Shown here: piece by piece, positions 1 to 8,588 of the stretch
Numbering within the stretch: the first letter of the stretch is position 1
How the letters are laid out: each line of letters opens with the position of its first letter
NCBI GenBank assembly: GCA_041660025.1
Contig: JBAZXD010000001.1
Coordinates: 305,851 to 369,850, forward strand
Direction of reading: 5' to 3'
Length of the DNA stretch: 64,000 nucleotides
From: Minisyncoccota bacterium
GTDB taxonomy: Bacteria; Patescibacteriota; Minisyncoccia; Phycocordibacterales; Phycocordibacteraceae
Notes under the pieces: generated by a model
Seen by the model: the letters and a program-made list of their open reading frames with translations, nothing else
The model's database searches: none
Told to the model about the DNA's origin: nothing
Program-made: the position numbers and the translations under genes

Positions 1-1
1 C

Positions 2-1069
2 GTGTTCCTCATCGGCGGCGGCACCGGGATGATCGGCGACCCGAAGGAGAAAGGGGAGCGCTCGATGCTCGATGAAAAGACCGTAGCGGCTAACACGCGC
101 GCACTACAGAAACAATTGAAGAGCCTGCTCGGCCGAATCTCGTTCCGCATGGTTGATAACGCCGAGTGGCTCGCGAAAGAACGTTTGCTGCCGTTCTTAC
201 GCGACGTCGGTAAATATTTCACCGTCAATGACCTTATCAAGCGCGAGATAATCAAGAAGCGCATCGACACGCCCGACGAGAGCATCTCCTATGCCGAATT
301 TTCATATTCGCTCCTCCAGGGATTCGACTACCTCACGCTCCACGAGAAATACGGATGCGACCTCCAGATAGGCGGCTCCGACCAGTGGACGAACGTGCTC
401 TCCGGCGTCGACCTCATCCACAAGCGCCTCGGGAAAGAGGTGTATGCATTCGCTTTCCCGCTCACTACCGACGCTTCGGGCAAGAAGTTCGGCAAGAGCG
501 AGGGGAACGCGATCTGGCTCGACGCGAAGAAGACCTCGCCCTTCCGCTTCTACCAGTTCTGGATTAACCTCCCCGACGAGAACATCGAACACTACCTGAA
601 GGTCTACACCTTCCTCCCTCCCGCCGAGATTAACGCGCTCTTAGAGCTCCACCGCAGGACCCCCGGCGAGCGCCAGGCGCAGGAGACGCTCGCGCGGCTC
701 GTGACCGAGATAGTCCACGGCCCTGCCGCCACCGCACAGGCGGCCGCTACCTCCGACGCGCTTTTCGGCGATACTCCCTTCAACGAACTCTCGCGCGAGG
801 CGCTCCAGGTCGCGCTTTCTGAGGCCCCTTCGGTCGCGTTCAAGAAGCGCGACCTCGAGTCCGGTGCTTCGCTCGCCGAGGCGCTCGTTACGGGCGGTCT
901 CGCCTCGTCTAAGTCGGACGCGCGCCGTCTCATTCTCGGGAAGGGCATCACGCTCTCCGGTCAGACCATCGAGAACCCCGACCAAGAAATCCATCCCGGC
1001 GACCTCCCGAACGGCTACGCGCTCGTGCGTAAGGGCAAGCAGGGCGTCCTCATCCTCGTTTTGAAATAA
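2..1069 (+). CDS. tyrS: Tyrosyl-tRNA synthetase, 5'-truncated by window edge
   Basis: Class I aaRS core with KFGKS (KMSKS) motif and GGxTGxIGDP region; C-terminal S4-like tail; the ORF runs off the window start. Confidence 0.9.
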   Translation: MFLIGGGTGMIGDPKEKGERSMLDEKTVAANTRALQKQLKSLLGRISFRMVDNAEWLAKERLLPFLRDVGKYFTVNDLIKREIIKKRIDTPDESISYAEFSYSLLQGFDYLTLHEKYGCDLQIGGSDQWTNVLSGVDLIHKRLGKEVYAFAFPLTTDASGKKFGKSEGNAIWLDAKKTSPFRFYQFWINLPDENIEHYLKVYTFLPPAEINALLELHRRTPGERQAQETLARLVTEIVHGPAATAQAAATSDALFGDTPFNELSREALQVALSEAPSVAFKKRDLESGASLAEALVTGGLASSKSDARRLILGKGITLSGQTIENPDQEIHPGDLPNGYALVRKGKQGVLILVLK

Positions 1070-1079
1070 CCAGTGCGTT

Positions 1080-1607
1080 ATGAAGCAATTTTTACTCCTT
1101 GTAGACGGCATGTCTGGTGGGGGAAAGACTACGGTCACACGATTATTGGCAGATAAATTGCCCCGGACAGCGACTGTCGGTTTCGATAAAATTAAGAAGT
1201 TTGTTTCAGACTTTGAGAGAGGCGCCCGAGACAACCAGATAGCCAGAGAAGTAACTACAGTTATGGTGCAGAAATATTTAGACCTTGGATTGTCAGTGAT
1301 GATCGAGCAACCATTCAGGAACGAAGAAGAGATAGACTTTTATACCAGAGTTGCAGAGGAGCGACACATACCCCTTCATAAGTTTCAATTACACGCCGAC
1401 CCCGCTGTTGCTCTTCAGAGAGTTGTGGCAAGGACAAAAGAAAATAACGGCGACCTTCCTGAAGAACGGGCTCGGCATAACATTTCTTTATTTCAACCAA
1501 GAGGGCACCTGGGCTTCAAAGTTATTGATACGACGAATGCAAAACCCGAAGACATCGCGGAAATTATCTTGAACGAAATCACCAGTGGTGACACTACTTT
1601 GAAATAA
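1080..1607 (+). CDS. P-loop NTPase, predicted small kinase (AAA_33 / zeta-toxin / polynucleotide-kinase-like)
   Basis: Walker A motif GMSGGGKTT near the N-terminus and a ~175-aa size typical of small nucleotide/polynucleotide kinases. GC is visibly lower than in flanking genes. Confidence 0.55.
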   Translation: MKQFLLLVDGMSGGGKTTVTRLLADKLPRTATVGFDKIKKFVSDFERGARDNQIAREVTTVMVQKYLDLGLSVMIEQPFRNEEEIDFYTRVAEERHIPLHKFQLHADPAVALQRVVARTKENNGDLPEERARHNISLFQPRGHLGFKVIDTTNAKPEDIAEIILNEITSGDTTLK

Positions 1608-1636
1608 AGGTCGCAATCGGCTATAGTTATCGCATT

Positions 1637-1720
1637 GCGTCGGTGGCGGAGTGGTCAATCGCAACAGGCTGTAAACCTGTCGGGCATAGCCCTACGAAGG
1701 TTCGAATCCTTCCCGGCGCA
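1637..1720 (+). tRNA. tRNA-Tyr (anticodon GTA), type II with long variable arm, no encoded CCA
   Basis: Manually folded: acceptor GCGTCGG/CCGGCGC (one G-U pair), D arm GCGGAGTGGTCAATCGC, anticodon stem ACAGG/CCTGT with loop CTGTAAA (GTA), long variable arm CGGGCATAGCCCTAC, T arm GAAGG-TTCGAAT-CCTTC, discriminator A. Confidence 0.85.
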
Positions 1721-1861
1721 CAGATTGAGCAAAGCGAAATATGTGCGCCGGAGCACGCCTGGGAGGCGTGTGTGAAGGATTCGAAGACCTTGCGAGCATC
1801 CGCGCTTTGGCGGATCCGCAAGGTGTACTGAAACTGTAAGTTTCGAAAAGCGTACTCGCGG

Positions 1862-1878
1862 TCCTTCCCGGCGCACCA
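1862..1878 (+). repeat. Direct repeat of tRNA-Tyr 3' end (TCCTTCCCGGCGCA + CCA); possible att-site scar or tRNA pseudogene fragment
   Basis: 14-nt exact copy of tRNA positions 1707-1720, here followed by CCA, lies 155 nt downstream. Upstream of it are degenerate T-arm-like segments (gaaggattcgaagacctt, gtttcgaa). Confidence 0.45.
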
Positions 1879-1896
1879 TGCATATTTAAATTAAAT

Positions 1897-1925
1897 AAGG
1901 CCAGCGATTCTGCTGGCCTTATAAA
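1897..1925 (+). terminator. Stem-loop GGCCAGC-gattct-GCTGGCC followed by TTATAAAT
   Basis: Perfect 7-bp GC-rich inverted repeat followed by a T/A-rich run; sits at the 3' end of the minus-strand Cys-rich ORF. Confidence 0.4.
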
Positions 1926-1955
1926 TAATCAATAAATCACGAGAATTTATTTGGT

Positions 1956-2300
1956 CTACAATCTTCCGCAACCACCACCAGTATTACCGATTTTTCTTGA
2001 TGTTTTTTTGACCCATAAATATCTTCTATTGTCCGGAACCACGAAGGAAACGTGCTTTCCTTCACTATACTCGACTTCAGTAACACAATGTCTCGCACTG
2101 CCTTCAACTTGTTCAACACTCCATCCTGAAAACCAGGGTGGTTTTGAGTCCTCCCAACGTTCCTCAGAGTCTGTGACCGTCTCTCTGGTGTCCCATTCCT
2201 TCCATGCCGCACAGTCTGAGGTACAGCACTTGCCGGAATCATCACCTACCCCAAAGGGGCATTTCTTCTGAGACCAATGGCGGCGGGCTTGTTCGGACAT
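1956..2300 (-). CDS. Hypothetical small cysteine-rich protein (orphan, low-GC)
   Basis: 114-aa ORF preceded by a good SD (aaggagtaaaatcATG). Cys-rich (CPFG...CCTSDC...HC). No family recognised. AT-rich relative to neighbours. Confidence 0.45.
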   Translation of the reverse strand: MSEQARRHWSQKKCPFGVGDDSGKCCTSDCAAWKEWDTRETVTDSEERWEDSKPPWFSGWSVEQVEGSARHCVTEVEYSEGKHVSFVVPDNRRYLWVKKTSRKIGNTGGGCGRL

Positions 2301-2586
2301 GATTTTACTCCTTCGAAAGAACGGCGGACCTGTTTAGGAATTGAGTCGGTCAAATGCTTGGCAGTGGGATAGAAAATTCTCTTTCCACCTCCGCTCAAAC
2401 AATAACACCGTAGATTTATTTGTCAAAACCTTTGTTATCCACAATCAGTTCCCGAGACAGATTTTTGGTAAGGAATAAGATACGCTTGTGTAATTCGTAA
2501 ACGTGTGGTATTACAGTCGGTGGATGCGGCTTTACCGTGACTCTGTTTCCTTGTAAAACTCACACAAACGAAAAAGGAGAATACCG

Positions 2587-3621
2587 ATGAAAGCACTTCG
2601 TACAAGCGCGGTTCTCACTGCGTGCATTATTACGATTATGTTCAGCGGACGCATCGCGTTCGGCCAAGATGAGTCGCTGAGCAGTCGGATAGACTCTGCC
2701 TCGACTTCAGCCGAGGAGCAACGGCAAAAGAAAGAAGCGGCGATACCTCGCTGTGATGCTCCGGTCGGCTCGGTAACCATCGCCATGCCGGAACGCAACT
2801 GGTGGCAGCAATATCAGCTGCAATCGCCGGACGCGCTTATCAAGATGTACGTCGCCAAGTCCGGATGCTTTACGCTCGTTGACCGCGGCCGCGGTTTCGC
2901 CATCGCTGAACGCGAACGCGCGCTCGCAAGCGGCGGCAATCTACGGCAAGGATCGAATATCGGCGGCGGACAAATGAAGGCTGCTGATTTCGTCATTACC
3001 CCCGACATCGTAGTGAATAACAACAACTCCGGCGGCAGTGCGATCGGTGCGATCCTTGGGGCCTTTCTACCCGGACCTATCGGGATGATCGCAGGCCAAG
3101 TAAGGATCTCCGACAAGTCGGCTGACGTCACCCTCGCGGTAACGGATGTCCGCAGTTCGGAACAAGTCGTCCTCGCAGAAGGGCAAGCCACGAAGACTGA
3201 TGTCGGGTTCGGCGTTGCCGGTGGCGCGTTCATGGGCGGCGGTTTCGGCGCTGCAGGTGTAGGAAGCTACGCAAACACAGCACTCGGACAAGTGGTTGCG
3301 CTGGCCTACCTCGACGCCTACACGAAGATGGTCGCGAAGATACAAGTTCTCCGGCCGGCCGATGTGGTCGCCGTCGAACCTCCGTCTGCGGTCCAGGCTC
3401 CTCCGCCGCCTCTGGTTACGGCGGAACCGCGAGGAAAGCCTGTCGCAGTGGCGAAGGCAGGTTATCTCTACGATGGCCCTTCGGCAGAGAACCCCTCCAT
3501 CCGCAGTCTGTCTCCCGGTACCATCCTGTACTCGACATCCAAGAAATCGGGTGCGTGGGTGGAAGTAACGGACGACACCGGCAGGAAAGGATGGGTTTTC
3601 GGGAAGCTGCTCTTTCAGTGA
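2587..3621 (+). CDS. CsgG/HfaB-family (curli-secretion-channel-like) protein with N-terminal signal peptide and C-terminal SH3b domain
   Basis: Strong SD (aaaaggagaataccgATG). Hydrophobic signal peptide. The central region aligns block-wise to CsgG (LVDRGRGFAIAERERAL; ADFVITPDIVVNNNNSGGSAIGA; VGFGVAGGAF...GAAGVGSYANT; ALAYLDAYTKMV). C-terminal YLYDGPS...GAWVEVTDDTGRKGWVFGKLL resembles bacterial SH3. Confidence 0.55.
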   Translation: MKALRTSAVLTACIITIMFSGRIAFGQDESLSSRIDSASTSAEEQRQKKEAAIPRCDAPVGSVTIAMPERNWWQQYQLQSPDALIKMYVAKSGCFTLVDRGRGFAIAERERALASGGNLRQGSNIGGGQMKAADFVITPDIVVNNNNSGGSAIGAILGAFLPGPIGMIAGQVRISDKSADVTLAVTDVRSSEQVVLAEGQATKTDVGFGVAGGAFMGGGFGAAGVGSYANTALGQVVALAYLDAYTKMVAKIQVLRPADVVAVEPPSAVQAPPPPLVTAEPRGKPVAVAKAGYLYDGPSAENPSIRSLSPGTILYSTSKKSGAWVEVTDDTGRKGWVFGKLLFQ

Positions 3622-3634
3622 TCGCCCCCTCTAC

Positions 3635-3680
3635 AGGCCTCGGACAACAGTGTTGTTCCGAGGCTGTTTTTTATTCGATA
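3635..3680 (+). terminator. Rho-independent terminator
   Basis: gcctcggacaacag-tg-ttgttccgaggc hairpin followed by TGTTTTTTATT. Confidence 0.55.
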
Positions 3681-3696
3681 TGCTATCGTATTCGGT

Positions 3697-4656
3697 ATGG
3701 CAGACAATAAACCCGTTCTTGTCTCCGGCGTGAAGCCGACCGGCGACCTGCATATCGGCAACTATTTCGGCGCGATGCGCCAGTTCGTCGAGCTGGCAAA
3801 AGGCGGGAAGTATCGCCCCTTCATCTTCGTCGCCGACTACCACGCGCTGAACTCGATGCAGGATGCCGAGGAGATGAAACGGCGCACTCGCGAGATAGTG
3901 ATGGCGTATCTCGCTGTCGGCCTCGACCCAAAGGAGATCACCTTTTTCAAACAATCAGACGTACCTGCGCACACCGAGCTTTGTTGGATTTTCGATACTA
4001 TCACCACGATGCCGTACTTGATGCGCGCCCACGCCTTCAAAGACGCGGAGGCGAAGAATAAAGAAATCAACGTCGGGACCTTCAACTACCCGATGCTGAT
4101 GGCGGCCGACATACTCCTCTACGACGCCGCGGTCGTGCCGGTCGGTGCCGACCAGAAACAGCATATCGAGATAGCGCGCGACACGGCAGAGAAATTCAAC
4201 CGTACGTTCAAGACGAGCGTCTTCACGCTCCCCGAGCCATACATTCTGCCAGACGTCGCGGTCGTTCCTGGCACCGACGGACAGAAGATGAGCAAGAGCT
4301 ATGGGAATGTCATCCCGCTCTTCGGTACGCGCGACGAGCTCGCAAAAGCCGTGATGGGCATCGTCACCGATTCAAGCGGAGAGCGTCCCGAAAACGTGTA
4401 CCGGATACACCGACTCTTCAGAAGCGAGGTGAATCTCAATGCGCTCTACGACGAGCATCGCGGCAATTATAAAGCGCTGAAAGAAACGCTCATCGAAGAC
4501 CTGGACCGCTACCTCGCGCCGATGCGCGCGAAGTATGAAGAGCTCAAAGAAGATTCCGGCATCGTGGACGAAGTTTTGGAGAACGGGAAGCGCGAAGCGC
4601 GTTTCGTCAGCGAGGGCAAGATGGAACAGGTCCGCAAGGCTATTGGTGTAGCATAA
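3697..4656 (+). CDS. trpS: Tryptophanyl-tRNA synthetase
   Basis: HIGH-type motif (GDLHIGNYFG) and KMSKS; the ~320-aa length is typical of bacterial TrpRS. Confidence 0.92.
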   Translation: MADNKPVLVSGVKPTGDLHIGNYFGAMRQFVELAKGGKYRPFIFVADYHALNSMQDAEEMKRRTREIVMAYLAVGLDPKEITFFKQSDVPAHTELCWIFDTITTMPYLMRAHAFKDAEAKNKEINVGTFNYPMLMAADILLYDAAVVPVGADQKQHIEIARDTAEKFNRTFKTSVFTLPEPYILPDVAVVPGTDGQKMSKSYGNVIPLFGTRDELAKAVMGIVTDSSGERPENVYRIHRLFRSEVNLNALYDEHRGNYKALKETLIEDLDRYLAPMRAKYEELKEDSGIVDEVLENGKREARFVSEGKMEQVRKAIGVA

Positions 4657-4660
4657 AGGT

Positions 4661-6013
4661 ATGGAACGAACACTTATCGGAGAGCTGGGGAATCATATCG
4701 GAAAAACGGTCCTGATTTCAGGCTGGGTGGATGTTCGACGGGACCACGGCAAGCTCGTCTTCCTCGATATTCGCGACCGCTCAGGGAAGGTGCAGAGCGT
4801 CTGTCTGCCGAATCATCCCGAGGTCGTCGCTACTGCACAAACCTTGCGCCCCGAATGGGTCGTGCAGGTCGGAGGCGTCGTGAACGAGCGCCCCGAGAAG
4901 ATGCGTACTGAGGGAGTGAACGGGAACGTTGAGCTCGAAGCGACCGCTATCACTGTCCTTGCCGAGGCGCAGGAACTGCCGTTTCCGAAGGATACCGAGG
5001 TCAATTTGGACACCTATCTTGATAACCTCCCGCTCACGCTCAGAAGCGAGCGTGCTCGCGCGATATTCAAAGTGCAGGCCGAGATCGCGCGCGCCTACCG
5101 CGCCTTCCTCGATGCGGAGGGCTTCACCGAGTTCCAGGCGCCGAAGCTCATCGGCGACGACGCCGAGGGCGGAGCAAATGTCTTCTCCGTGCCGTATTTT
5201 AATGACAAGGTCGCTCACCTCGGCACCTCGCCGCAGTTCTATAAGCAGATTATGGTGGGCGTTCTCGAGCGCGTCTACGCTATTGGGAACGTCTATCGCG
5301 CCGAGAAGCACTCCACCACTCGGCACCTGAACGAGTACACCTCGATGGATATGGAGATGGGCTTCATCAGCGACCATCGCGACATTATGGCCATCGAGAC
5401 ACGGCTTATGCATGCACTTATCACGCATCTGCAGAAGACCTGCGCGCAAGAATTTAAGACGCTCGGCGCAACACTGCCGAAGGCACCGGAGGAATTCCCG
5501 ACGATGAAACTTCGCGATGCACTCGAACTCATTTTCAAAGAGACCGGGCGCGATAACCGCAACGAACCCGACCTCGAGCCCGAGGATGAGCGTTGGCTCT
5601 CGGAATGGGCGCTCAAGGAGCATCAAAGTGATTTCCTATTCGTCACGCACTACCCGGTAGCGAAACGGCCGATGTATACCTTTGAAGACCCTGACGATGT
5701 CGGGTACACGCGGAGCTTCGACCTCCTTTTCCGCGGGGTCGAGATAACCACCGGCGGTCAGCGTCGCCACGACTACAACAATCTCGTCGAGGGCATCAAG
5801 GCGAAGGGGCTCGACCCGGAAAAATTCTCGTACTACCTCCAAGCGTTCAAATATGGTATGCCGCCGCACGGCGGATGGGGGATGGGACTCGAGCGCCTCA
5901 CCCAGAAGATGCTCGGGCTCGCGAATGTGAAGGAGGCAACTCTCTTCCCGCGCGATATCAACCGCATCGACCAGCTCCTTTCGGCGCATACCGCCGACAT
6001 TGTCGAGGATTAA
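4661..6013 (+). CDS. aspS: Aspartyl-tRNA synthetase, short archaeal/non-discriminating type (AsnRS not excluded)
   Basis: Class II aaRS: N-terminal OB anticodon-binding fold and a catalytic core with the FYKQ...YRAE...HxxEYT motif series. 450 aa, with no GAD insertion. Confidence 0.85.
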   Translation: MERTLIGELGNHIGKTVLISGWVDVRRDHGKLVFLDIRDRSGKVQSVCLPNHPEVVATAQTLRPEWVVQVGGVVNERPEKMRTEGVNGNVELEATAITVLAEAQELPFPKDTEVNLDTYLDNLPLTLRSERARAIFKVQAEIARAYRAFLDAEGFTEFQAPKLIGDDAEGGANVFSVPYFNDKVAHLGTSPQFYKQIMVGVLERVYAIGNVYRAEKHSTTRHLNEYTSMDMEMGFISDHRDIMAIETRLMHALITHLQKTCAQEFKTLGATLPKAPEEFPTMKLRDALELIFKETGRDNRNEPDLEPEDERWLSEWALKEHQSDFLFVTHYPVAKRPMYTFEDPDDVGYTRSFDLLFRGVEITTGGQRRHDYNNLVEGIKAKGLDPEKFSYYLQAFKYGMPPHGGWGMGLERLTQKMLGLANVKEATLFPRDINRIDQLLSAHTADIVED

Positions 6014-6016
6014 CCA

Positions 6017-7444
6017 ATGAACATCGTTTCGAAAAAAGGGAATATCGAGAGCGCGCCGAAGGGGTACGTGCGCGTCAGCATCACCGAAAAATCGAAAGGT
6101 ACGAAACGTCTCGTGAAGGAAGGTGGGGTAGAGACGCTCGAGATCGGCGTGGGGAAATTCGAAGAATTGAACCGTCGGAAGTTCATTCTCCTCTGCCGCG
6201 CGATCATTCGAGCGGCACACGCAAATAAATCCAGAAAAATCGCACTGCAATTTGACCGTACGCCGAAACTATTCAAGAACCTGAAAGAGTATTCACGCGA
6301 GGAACTCGCCCAGCTTACCGCAGAAAATTTTGAAATGGCGAATTTCGAGTTCACTCATTTCAAGACGAAGCCGAAAGAGGGTTTTGATGCCGTCGAAGAG
6401 GTTTGCGTGTATGAGAAGTCCTCGGTGGGAGTTGAAAAGACGGTACAGAAAGGCCAGGAGATAGGTAAGGCCGTGAATGCCTGCCGAGTGCTCGCGAACA
6501 CCCCCGGAGGCGATATGACGCCGACCGTGCTCGCCCAAGCGGCGCGCGCTGCAGCAAAAGGCCTTCCCATAAAAGTGACGGTGCTCGGCAAAAAAGAAAT
6601 GAAGAAGCTTGGTATGGGCGCCGTACTCGGCGTTGCAAAAGGTTCGACCGAAGCGCCGACTTTTACTATCCTCGAATACAAGGGTGGAAAGGGAAGTCCC
6701 ATTGTGCTCGCGGGTAAGGGCGTCACCTTCGACAGCGGCGGACTCAACCTGAAGCCCTCGAGCAGTATTTACGAAATGCATATGGATATGTCGGGCGCCG
6801 CGTCCGTCATCCACGCGGTAGCGCTTGCTGCGCGCCTGAAGCTTAAGAAACACGTCATCGGACTTTTGCCGGCGGTAGAAAATATGCCTGGCAATAACGC
6901 GCTCCGTCCTGGCGACATCTTGAAATCCCTCTCCGGAAAGACCATCGAGGTGCTCGATACCGACGCGGAAGGCCGGCTCATCCTCGCTGACGCACTCACG
7001 TATGCGAAACGTTTTAAGCCCTCGGTCGTAATCGACGTCGCGACCTTGACCGGGGCCGCGATTTCCGCGCTTGGCCTCTACGCGAGCGCCGTCCTCACCC
7101 GCGACGATAGTCTCGCGGAACGACTCTCACGCGATGGGGAAACGTCCGGCGATTACGTCTGGAGGCTTCCGCTCTGGGACGAATATGAGACCCGAGTAAA
7201 AGGGGAATTCGCCGATATGAAAAATGTCCCGGGCGGTTCGACAAGCCGCTACGGCGGCGCGATCGACGGCGGTATGTTCCTCTGGCAATTTGCCAAGGAG
7301 CTCGACTGCCCGTGGGCGCACCTCGATATCGCGCCTCGGATGACCTCGGCGCCGGGCGACGAGCTCGCGAAGGGCGCCGCCGGTGCGCCGGTACGGCTCC
7401 TCATTCGCTTCATCGAACAATGGCCCCATACCGCAAAACGATGA
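6017..7444 (+). CDS. pepA: Leucyl aminopeptidase (M17)
   Basis: NTDAEGRL signature (LDTDAEGRLILADAL) and a C-terminal catalytic domain typical of the M17 family. Confidence 0.9.
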   Translation: MNIVSKKGNIESAPKGYVRVSITEKSKGTKRLVKEGGVETLEIGVGKFEELNRRKFILLCRAIIRAAHANKSRKIALQFDRTPKLFKNLKEYSREELAQLTAENFEMANFEFTHFKTKPKEGFDAVEEVCVYEKSSVGVEKTVQKGQEIGKAVNACRVLANTPGGDMTPTVLAQAARAAAKGLPIKVTVLGKKEMKKLGMGAVLGVAKGSTEAPTFTILEYKGGKGSPIVLAGKGVTFDSGGLNLKPSSSIYEMHMDMSGAASVIHAVALAARLKLKKHVIGLLPAVENMPGNNALRPGDILKSLSGKTIEVLDTDAEGRLILADALTYAKRFKPSVVIDVATLTGAAISALGLYASAVLTRDDSLAERLSRDGETSGDYVWRLPLWDEYETRVKGEFADMKNVPGGSTSRYGGAIDGGMFLWQFAKELDCPWAHLDIAPRMTSAPGDELAKGAAGAPVRLLIRFIEQWPHTAKR

Positions 7445-7469
7445 CGTTTTGGCTACGGGGTAAAAAACC

Positions 7470-8192
7470 ATGCCGTTTTCTATAAAAACAGATTCATATG
7501 AGGGGCCGTTCGAGGTACTTCTCGACCTCATCGAGGCGAGGAAGCTCCTGGTCAACGATCTCGCGCTCGCGAACATCACGGAGGATTTCATCCAGCACGT
7601 GCGCGCGCAGGAGGCGTTCCCCGTCGAAGAGACCGCGAATTTCATTCAGATCGCCGCGACGCTTCTCCTCATCAAATCCAAGTCGCTCATCCCGGACCTC
7701 GCACTCTCCGAAGAAGAGAATGCGGACGTCGAGGACCTGAAGCGGCGGCTCGCCGCCTATGAGAAAGTGCGGGAGGCCGCACGCGAACTCTCGCGCATCT
7801 ACGGACGGACGGTTATGGCGAGAGAGGGAGAGCGGCCTCCCGAGGTCGTCTTCGCGCCGGCTCGCGACCTTTCGACCAGCGCGCTCGCCGAGGCGATGGC
7901 GCGCGTGCTCGCCGCGCGTGCGGCGGTCGAAGAATTGCCCGAGGCCCGTGTGAAGCCACTCATCACCATCGAAGAGATGATGGATCGGCTCGCGAAGCGT
8001 GTGCAGAGCGCGATGACGCTCTCGTTCAAGGATTTCGCCGGAGGCCAGAAGGAAAAGGTGGAGGTTATCGTCTCATTCCTCGCCTTACTCGAACTCGTAA
8101 AGCAGGGCGCCGTCGCGGCAGAGCAGTACGGCGCCTACGGCGATATCCGCATCAGCCACACCGCCGTCGCTACCGTCCCTCGGTATGGCTAG
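7470..8192 (+). CDS. scpA: Segregation and condensation protein A
   Basis: N-terminal YEGPFEVLLDLIEARKLLVNDLALANITEDF matches ScpA; it is adjacent to scpB. Confidence 0.85.
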   Translation: MPFSIKTDSYEGPFEVLLDLIEARKLLVNDLALANITEDFIQHVRAQEAFPVEETANFIQIAATLLLIKSKSLIPDLALSEEENADVEDLKRRLAAYEKVREAARELSRIYGRTVMAREGERPPEVVFAPARDLSTSALAEAMARVLAARAAVEELPEARVKPLITIEEMMDRLAKRVQSAMTLSFKDFAGGQKEKVEVIVSFLALLELVKQGAVAAEQYGAYGDIRISHTAVATVPRYG

Positions 8193-8565
8193 GGACTGGT
8201 GGCAGAAGGGGAGGGCGTTCGACCTCTGGTCCATCCCGCACTTCCTCTTCGGCGTCCTCACGGCGTTCTTGCCCCCGCTCACGGGCATATCGTTCCTTAC
8301 CGCGCTCGTACTGACCGTCATCTTCGCGATGCTCTGGGAGATTTACGAGAAGTTCGTTGATATTAAAGAGAAGATTCAGAACATTCTGCTCGATATCATC
8401 CTGCCGGTCGTCGCCTTCACCCTTACCTCTCTCATACTCCGCATCTATTCATTCCACTACGATAACCTCCTGGTAGTCGCGGTCGCCGTACTACTCCTCT
8501 ATACGTTCACCAACGTTTCCGGCTGGCTTGCGTACCGCCGTCGCAACCGCGACTTTATGTATTAA
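8185..8565 (+). CDS. Hypothetical integral membrane protein
   Basis: 126 aa with 3-4 predicted TM helices, lying between scpA and scpB. Confidence 0.5.
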   Translation: MARDWWQKGRAFDLWSIPHFLFGVLTAFLPPLTGISFLTALVLTVIFAMLWEIYEKFVDIKEKIQNILLDIILPVVAFTLTSLILRIYSFHYDNLLVVAVAVLLLYTFTNVSGWLAYRRRNRDFMY

Positions 8566-8588
8566 CGGGGCATCCCCAAGCAGAGGCG

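Noticed and set aside
1637-1882. Intron-containing tRNA-Tyr
   Set aside because: The tRNA folds completely and canonically within 1637..1720. The downstream duplicate is a partial 3'-end copy, not a second exon.
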